The translations under genes and the position numbers were made by a program. Shown piece by piece: positions 59,358 to 64,000 of a DNA stretch of 64,000 bases; position 1 is the first letter of the stretch; each line of letters starts with the position of its first letter. The notes under the pieces were generated by a model. The model was not told where the DNA came from. It saw nothing but the letters and a program-made list of their open reading frames with translations, and made no database searches. Origin of the DNA: Blastocatellia bacterium (GTDB lineage: Bacteria; Acidobacteriota; Blastocatellia; Pyrinomonadales; Pyrinomonadaceae); assembly GCA_031371765.1 (NCBI GenBank), contig JANMKA010000024.1, positions 810 to 64,809 on the forward strand. Direction: 5' to 3'.

Positions 59358-60599
59358 CTATTGCCTCGCCTCCGGCACAGATCGCACTGTGTCTCGGGCT
59401 ATCAGCAGTTCTTCATTGGTCGGGATTACATAAACAGCCACGCCAGAGGTTTCAGTGCTGATACGCCCTTCGCGCGCGGCCGTGTGCGCCGCGTTGCGTT
59501 CCGGATCAAGGTCGACTCCCAACGACGACAGTCCGTCGCAAATAGCGGCGCGAACTGCCGGCGAGTTTTCGCCGATGCCGCCGGTGAAGATGATTGAATC
59601 GGCGCCGTTCATCGCTGCAAGGTAAGCGCCGATGTACTTACGCGCCCGGTAGCAAAACATTTCAACAGCGAGACGCGCCCGCCGGTCATTCTTCTCATGC
59701 GCTTCAGCGAGCAATTCCCGCATATCGTCCGTCAACCCTGAGATGCCGAGTAAGCCAGATTGCTTGTTTAGCAAACTCTCAACCTCGCGCGCAGATAGAC
59801 CCTCTTTGCTTGCAACGAAATCAACGATCGACGGATCTAGATCGCCCGAGCGCGTGCCCATCACCAAACCCTCAAGCGGCGTCAGCCCCATCGAAGTATC
59901 AATGGATTCGCCCGCGCGTATCGCGGCGATTGAACAACCATTGCCCAAGTGCAGCGTGATAATGTTCGTCGCCTCGCGCGCGATGCCACGCAAAGTGCGG
60001 TAGCGGTAGGCAACGTAACGGTGTGAAGTGCCATGGAAACCGTAACGGCGAATGCGGTGGCGGCGATAGAGTTGATACGGCAAAGCATAGAGGTAGGCGT
60101 GTTCGGGCAGCGTCTGATGAAAGGCGGTGTCGAAGACGGCGACCTGGGGAATGCCCGCGCCTAGACTTATGCGCGCTGCTCTAATGCCCTCGATGTTGGC
60201 CGGATTATGAAGCGGCGCAAGCTCTATGCAATCTTCAATGCCCTGCAAGACTTCATCGGTAATCAGCACCGAGCTCCTAAAGCGCTCGCCACCATGCACT
60301 ACCCGATGCCCAACCGCATGAACATCAGCAACACTACTCACGGCGCCGACGCCTGATTCCTCAGAAACAGCCCAATGCAGAATCATCTCAACTGCCGCGC
60401 GGGTGTCCCTGACAGGCGCGGCAGAGCGTTGCGGCGCACTACCTTCGGCGGTGAACGTGATTACCGCAGCGCCGCCAACGCGTTCGATGATCCCATGCGC
60501 GAGACGCTGGTCGGAGTTCTGCGCAATGCGTTCGAGGTCTGTGGCGATCAGTTGAAACTTGACTGACGAACTGCCGCAATTGAGTACCAATACATTCAT
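59358..60599 (-). CDS. ackA: Acetate kinase
   Basis: [14 protein letters not shown]-terminal signature and [13 protein letters not shown]. 413 aa. Directly downstream of the phosphoketolase gene. Confidence 0.95.
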   Translation of the reverse strand: MNVLVLNCGSSSVKFQLIATDLERIAQNSDQRLAHGIIERVGGAAVITFTAEGSAPQRSAAPVRDTRAAVEMILHWAVSEESGVGAVSSVADVHAVGHRVVHGGERFRSSVLITDEVLQGIEDCIELAPLHNPANIEGIRAARISLGAGIPQVAVFDTAFHQTLPEHAYLYALPYQLYRRHRIRRYGFHGTSHRYVAYRYRTLRGIAREATNIITLHLGNGCSIAAIRAGESIDTSMGLTPLEGLVMGTRSGDLDPSIVDFVASKEGLSAREVESLLNKQSGLLGISGLTDDMRELLAEAHEKNDRRARLAVEMFCYRARKYIGAYLAAMNGADSIIFTGGIGENSPAVRAAICDGLSSLGVDLDPERNAAHTAAREGRISTETSGVAVYVIPTNEELLIARDTVRSVPEARQ

Positions 60600-60624
60600 T
60601 AGCGTGAATTATGATCGACGAACA

Positions 60625-63018
60625 CTAATATGGCCACTTCCAGTCGCGAATCTCGGGCATGTCATCACCGTATTTACGAATGTACTGCCTATGTTCCAGA
60701 AGCTTATCTCGCATCGCCTGTTTGACGTGGGCAAACTTTGCTCCCAAATTCGGCACCCGATCAATCACATCTTCAACCAGGTGGAAGCGGTCGAGATCGT
60801 TCAGCACCGTCATATCGAACGGAGTAGTAGTCGTTCCCTCTTCTTTATATCCGCGCACATGCAGGTTCAGGTGGTTCGTCCGGCGGTAGGTCAGCCGGTG
60901 AATTAGCCACGGATAACCATGAAAGGCAAAGATGACTGGCTTATCGGTCGTGAAGAGAGAATCAAAGTCGGTGTCAGACAACCCGTGCGGATGTTCGCTG
61001 GCCGGTTGGAGCGTCATCAAATCAACGACATTGACCACGCGAACCTTCAAATCCGGAAAATGCTGGCGGAGAAGATCCACGGCGGCCAGTGTTTCCAGCG
61101 TAGGGACGTCTCCAGCACAGGCCATCACCACGTCTGGCTCGCCTCCTTGATCATTGCTCGCCCAGCACCACATGCCGATGCCGGCTGTGCTGTGGATGAT
61201 TGCCGCATCCATGTCCAGATACTGCAACGAAGGTTGTTTGCCCGCGACGATGACGTTGACGTAATTGCGGCTCCGTAAACAGTGGTCGGTCACGGACAGC
61301 AGTGTGTTTGCATCGGGCGGCAGGTACACGCGCACGACCTCTGCCTTCTTGTTGATGACATGATCGATGAAGCCTGGGTCTTGATGGCTAAAGCCGTTGT
61401 GATCCTGTCTCCACACATGAGAGCTAAGTAAATAGTTGAGTGAGGCGACGGGCCGCCGCCAGGGAATCTGACGAGTTACTTTCAACCATTTCGCATGCTG
61501 ATTGAACATCGAGTCAATGATGTGAATGAACGCTTCGTAGCAGGAGAAGAAGCCGTGACGCCCAGTCAGTAGATAGCCTTCGAGCCAGCCCTGGCACATG
61601 TGCTCGCTCAGAATTTCCATCACGCGACCATCCGGCGTGACATGATCGTCAGTGGGCAGGATCGTGGCTGTAGAAACCCGGTCGGCCACTTCAAAGAGAG
61701 CGTTCAGTCGGTTTGAATTAGTCTCGTCCGGTCCCATCACTCGGAAATTCCGCGAGTCTTCGTTGCGCTTCATCACATCGCGCAAGAATTGTCCCATCAC
61801 TCGCGTCGCTTCCCCCTCGACCGTTCCCGGCTTGGGAACCGGCACGGCGTATTCGCGAAAATCCGGCAGCTTTAAATCTTTGAGCAGCAGTCCCCCGTTA
61901 GCATGGGGATTTGCTCCCATGCGACGATTTCCCTGCGGCGCTAATTCAGCCAGCTCCGCAACTAACTTTCCGCTTTCATCAAAGAGTTCTTCGGGTTTGT
62001 AGCTTCGCAGCCACTCTTCGAGCTGGCGAAAATGTTCGGGATTGCTCGCTAATTTATCCAATGGAACCTGATGCGAGCGGAATGAGTTTTCAGCAGGCAA
62101 ACCATCGACAAACTTAGGCCCCGTCCAGCCTTTCGGAGAGCGCAAGATGATCATCGGCCACTGCGGGCGCTGCGAAAAACCGTTCTCACCTGCATCTTTT
62201 TGAATCGCTTGAATCTCGGCAATCACTGTGTCGAGCGTTGCCGCCATGAGCTGATGCATCGTTTCGGGATCGTCGCCTTCAACAAAGTAAGGTTTGTATC
62301 CGTAGCCGACAAAGAGGCTCGCCAGTTCATCATGACTGATCCGCGCCAGCACTGTCGGGTTGGCTATTTTGTAGCCGTTCAGATGCAGGATTGGCAGCAC
62401 CGCGCCGTCGCGCGCCGGATTCAGAAATTTATTGGAGTGCCAGCTTGTCGCTAGCGGTCCCGTTTCCGCCTCGCCGTCGCCAACGATGCAAACGGCAAGC
62501 AGATCAGGATTGTCGAAGACGGCGCCGTAAGCGTGAACGAGCGCGTAGCCCAGCTCCGCTCCTTCGTGGATTGAACCGGGTGTCTCGGGAGCGGCATGGC
62601 TCGGGATGCCGCCGGGGAATGAGAACTGTTTGAACAGCTTCTTTAAGCCTGCGGCATCCTGCGATATGTCGGGATAGAACTCGGTGTAGGTTCCTTCCAG
62701 GTAGGTGTTGGCGACGACTCCGGGTCCGCCGTGTCCCGGACCAGCGAGATAGATCGCGTTTAGATCATGCTTCTTAATCAGGCGGTTGATGTGCGCGTAG
62801 ATAAAGTTCAGCCCCGGCGTCGTGCCCCAGTGACCGAGGAGTCTGCGCTTGACGTGCTCTATCTTTAGCGGCTCGCGCAGCAGCGGATTATCGAATAGGT
62901 AAATCTGCCCGACCGAGAGATAGTTCGCCGCACGCCAGTAAGCGTTCATCCGTCGCAATTCTTCTGCAGACAGCGGCGGTGTTTCTTTCATCTCAACGAC
63001 AGCCATTTTCGCCGTCAC
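60625..63018 (-). CDS. xfp: Xylulose-5-phosphate/fructose-6-phosphate phosphoketolase
   Basis: 797 aa. [10 protein letters not shown] and [13 protein letters not shown] phosphoketolase signatures. N-terminal [16 protein letters not shown]. Confidence 0.95.
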   Translation of the reverse strand: MTAKMAVVEMKETPPLSAEELRRMNAYWRAANYLSVGQIYLFDNPLLREPLKIEHVKRRLLGHWGTTPGLNFIYAHINRLIKKHDLNAIYLAGPGHGGPGVVANTYLEGTYTEFYPDISQDAAGLKKLFKQFSFPGGIPSHAAPETPGSIHEGAELGYALVHAYGAVFDNPDLLAVCIVGDGEAETGPLATSWHSNKFLNPARDGAVLPILHLNGYKIANPTVLARISHDELASLFVGYGYKPYFVEGDDPETMHQLMAATLDTVIAEIQAIQKDAGENGFSQRPQWPMIILRSPKGWTGPKFVDGLPAENSFRSHQVPLDKLASNPEHFRQLEEWLRSYKPEELFDESGKLVAELAELAPQGNRRMGANPHANGGLLLKDLKLPDFREYAVPVPKPGTVEGEATRVMGQFLRDVMKRNEDSRNFRVMGPDETNSNRLNALFEVADRVSTATILPTDDHVTPDGRVMEILSEHMCQGWLEGYLLTGRHGFFSCYEAFIHIIDSMFNQHAKWLKVTRQIPWRRPVASLNYLLSSHVWRQDHNGFSHQDPGFIDHVINKKAEVVRVYLPPDANTLLSVTDHCLRSRNYVNVIVAGKQPSLQYLDMDAAIIHSTAGIGMWCWASNDQGGEPDVVMACAGDVPTLETLAAVDLLRQHFPDLKVRVVNVVDLMTLQPASEHPHGLSDTDFDSLFTTDKPVIFAFHGYPWLIHRLTYRRTNHLNLHVRGYKEEGTTTTPFDMTVLNDLDRFHLVEDVIDRVPNLGAKFAHVKQAMRDKLLEHRQYIRKYGDDMPEIRDWKWPY

Positions 63019-63115
63019 CTTTCTTCTGGTCTTCTCAAAGCTATTTCCCTACGCCAACCGCAAGCTCGCCGTGTGCCCGACCAATGGGGTGACACAAGTG
63101 GCTGCGGCCAGTGCC

Positions 63116-63505
63116 CTACGACTTCTCCAAGGAGTGAACGCTGACGGTGCCGCAGCAGCCTCCTTCGCTGTCTACGACCGGCAAGCTTGTCGTGCGATGC
63201 TCATGGAGTTTCCGGCGCGCGTCTGCAACGGGCTCATCCGCGCCACAACACGCAGACGCGGGACGCATGATGTCTTCTACTCGCACCTCTGAAGCACGGC
63301 GGTCATCAGCCGCCACGCTGCAACATACGTCGCGCTCGGTGACGACGCCGACCAGCTTGAGGTTTTTAGTATCCGCAACTACGGGTGCGCAGCCGCAGCC
63401 CGAATCGCGTATCGTTTGCGCAGCTTGAGCCGCCGAGTCTTGCGGGGTACAGCACGAAGACGCTTCGATTGGTTCCATAACATCACTGCAACAACTCATT
63501 TTCAT
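63116..63505 (-). CDS. CBS-pair domain protein with six cysteine pairs
   Basis: 129 aa. Two CBS-like repeats (...APVVADTKNLKLVGVVTERDV... and VEDIM...SLPVVDSEGG..GTVSVHSL). 12 Cys arranged as SCCS, SCCT, GCGC, VCCS, ACCG, GCCG. Confidence 0.8.
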   Translation of the reverse strand: MKMSCCSDVMEPIEASSCCTPQDSAAQAAQTIRDSGCGCAPVVADTKNLKLVGVVTERDVCCSVAADDRRASEVRVEDIMRPASACCGADEPVADARRKLHEHRTTSLPVVDSEGGCCGTVSVHSLEKS

Positions 63506-63555
63506 TTTCTCCTTCAGTCTTAGAGATCGAAATTCAACTTTTCGCGCTCCATCGC

Positions 63556-63822
63556 TTAAGCTGCGCTTTTCGTTAGGCTGTTATAAATGCTCGCCATGAT
63601 CAGCGACAAAAGTCCCCAACCGATTGAAAGTACGAGCAACCCGACGATAAAACCGCTCACACTGAACGGTCTCATAATGCCGGACAAATCCGTGTGAAAA
63701 GCATATCGGGCAAGTCTGACCGCTGTCTCCGGCAAAAAACCGACTAAGAACGAGCAGACGAGGAAAAGAATCGAGGCGGCGACCGTCATTGCGATTGTGA
63801 AAGCTGTAATGTTCAGTTTCAT
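63556..63822 (-). CDS. Small 3-TM membrane protein (possibly DUF5676-like)
   Basis: 88 aa with three hydrophobic helices. Lies between the P-type ATPase end and the CBS gene. Family assignment is a weak recollection. Confidence 0.5.
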   Translation of the reverse strand: MKLNITAFTIAMTVAASILFLVCSFLVGFLPETAVRLARYAFHTDLSGIMRPFSVSGFIVGLLVLSIGWGLLSLIMASIYNSLTKSAA

Positions 63823-63880
63823 TTTTTGTCTCCTTTCTAAAATAAGAATTTGCGAAAACGATTGCGTTGGCGGCTTCGTA

Positions 63881-64000
63881 TCACGCGGCCGCGAACTCGC
63901 TCATCTTCACGCGTTTCAACAACAGCGCGTTGCCAACGACGATCAAGGTCGAGCCGGACATGGAGAGCGCGGCAACCTCGGGACTCAGCAGCCACCCGGT
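63881..64000 (-). CDS. C-terminal end of a heavy-metal-translocating P-type ATPase (rest outside window)
   Basis: The minus-strand frame is open from the window edge: TGWLLSPEVAALSMSGSTLIVVGNALLLKRVKMSEFAAA-stop (63881-63883). This is the last TM helix pattern (...A.LM..SS..VV.NALRL...) of P1B-ATPases. Confidence 0.6.
   Translation of the reverse strand, partial: TGWLLSPEVAALSMSGSTLIVVGNALLLKRVKMSEFAAA

Overview
This is a 64-kb, moderately GC-rich, densely coding bacterial chromosomal segment with about 49 protein-coding genes. I recognised no rRNA, tRNA, CRISPR array, transposase or integrase. The gene content suggests an Acidobacteriota-like soil bacterium, but this is inference only. The relevant genes are an ~1150-aa CarboxypepD_reg-type TonB-dependent receptor, a giant DUF11/beta-helix/DUF4214 surface protein, a sigma-54 two-component pair and ECF/DUF4097 envelope genes. 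Gene order, left to right: (a) a protease-PDZ fragment, a GNAT and a membrane Ser/Thr kinase. (b) An RND pump with its adaptor. (c) An ECF sigma / ZAS anti-sigma / 2x DUF4097 / CBM9-DUF5916 cluster. (d) hemE-hemH-hemY. (e) MoxR-DUF58, an orphan pilin and MFS genes. (f) A long minus-strand string: aceB-aceA, sensor kinase, sigma-54 activator, TonB receptor, two hydrolases, acyl-CoA ligase, MaoC hydratase and MFS, with a divergent IclR regulator. (g) ppk1, a secreted kinase-like protein and DUF4956. (h) MarR-pirin-DoxX. (i) A 1517-aa surface protein. (j) A metal-homeostasis-flavoured stretch with a rhodanese, three tandem CDF transporters, ackA-xfp, a Cys-pair-rich CBS protein and the end of a P-type ATPase. 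Most notable observations: (1) The rhodanese gene is interrupted by one in-frame TGA followed by a SECIS-like hairpin, making it a candidate selenoprotein. (2) Heptanucleotide-repeat hairpins exactly fill intra-operon spacers; there is also a 22-nt REP-like palindrome family and a nested ~200-bp palindrome. (3) A PPK1 / secreted kinase-like / DUF4956 triad parallels VTC-CotH-DUF4956 modules. (4) A CBS-pair protein has six cysteine pairs at positions that normally form the ligand cleft. (5) ECF-type and sigma-54-type promoter motifs and a triple operator tie neighbouring genes into putative regulons. All functional calls come from motif recognition by eye and memory of protein families. No database search or folding program was run.
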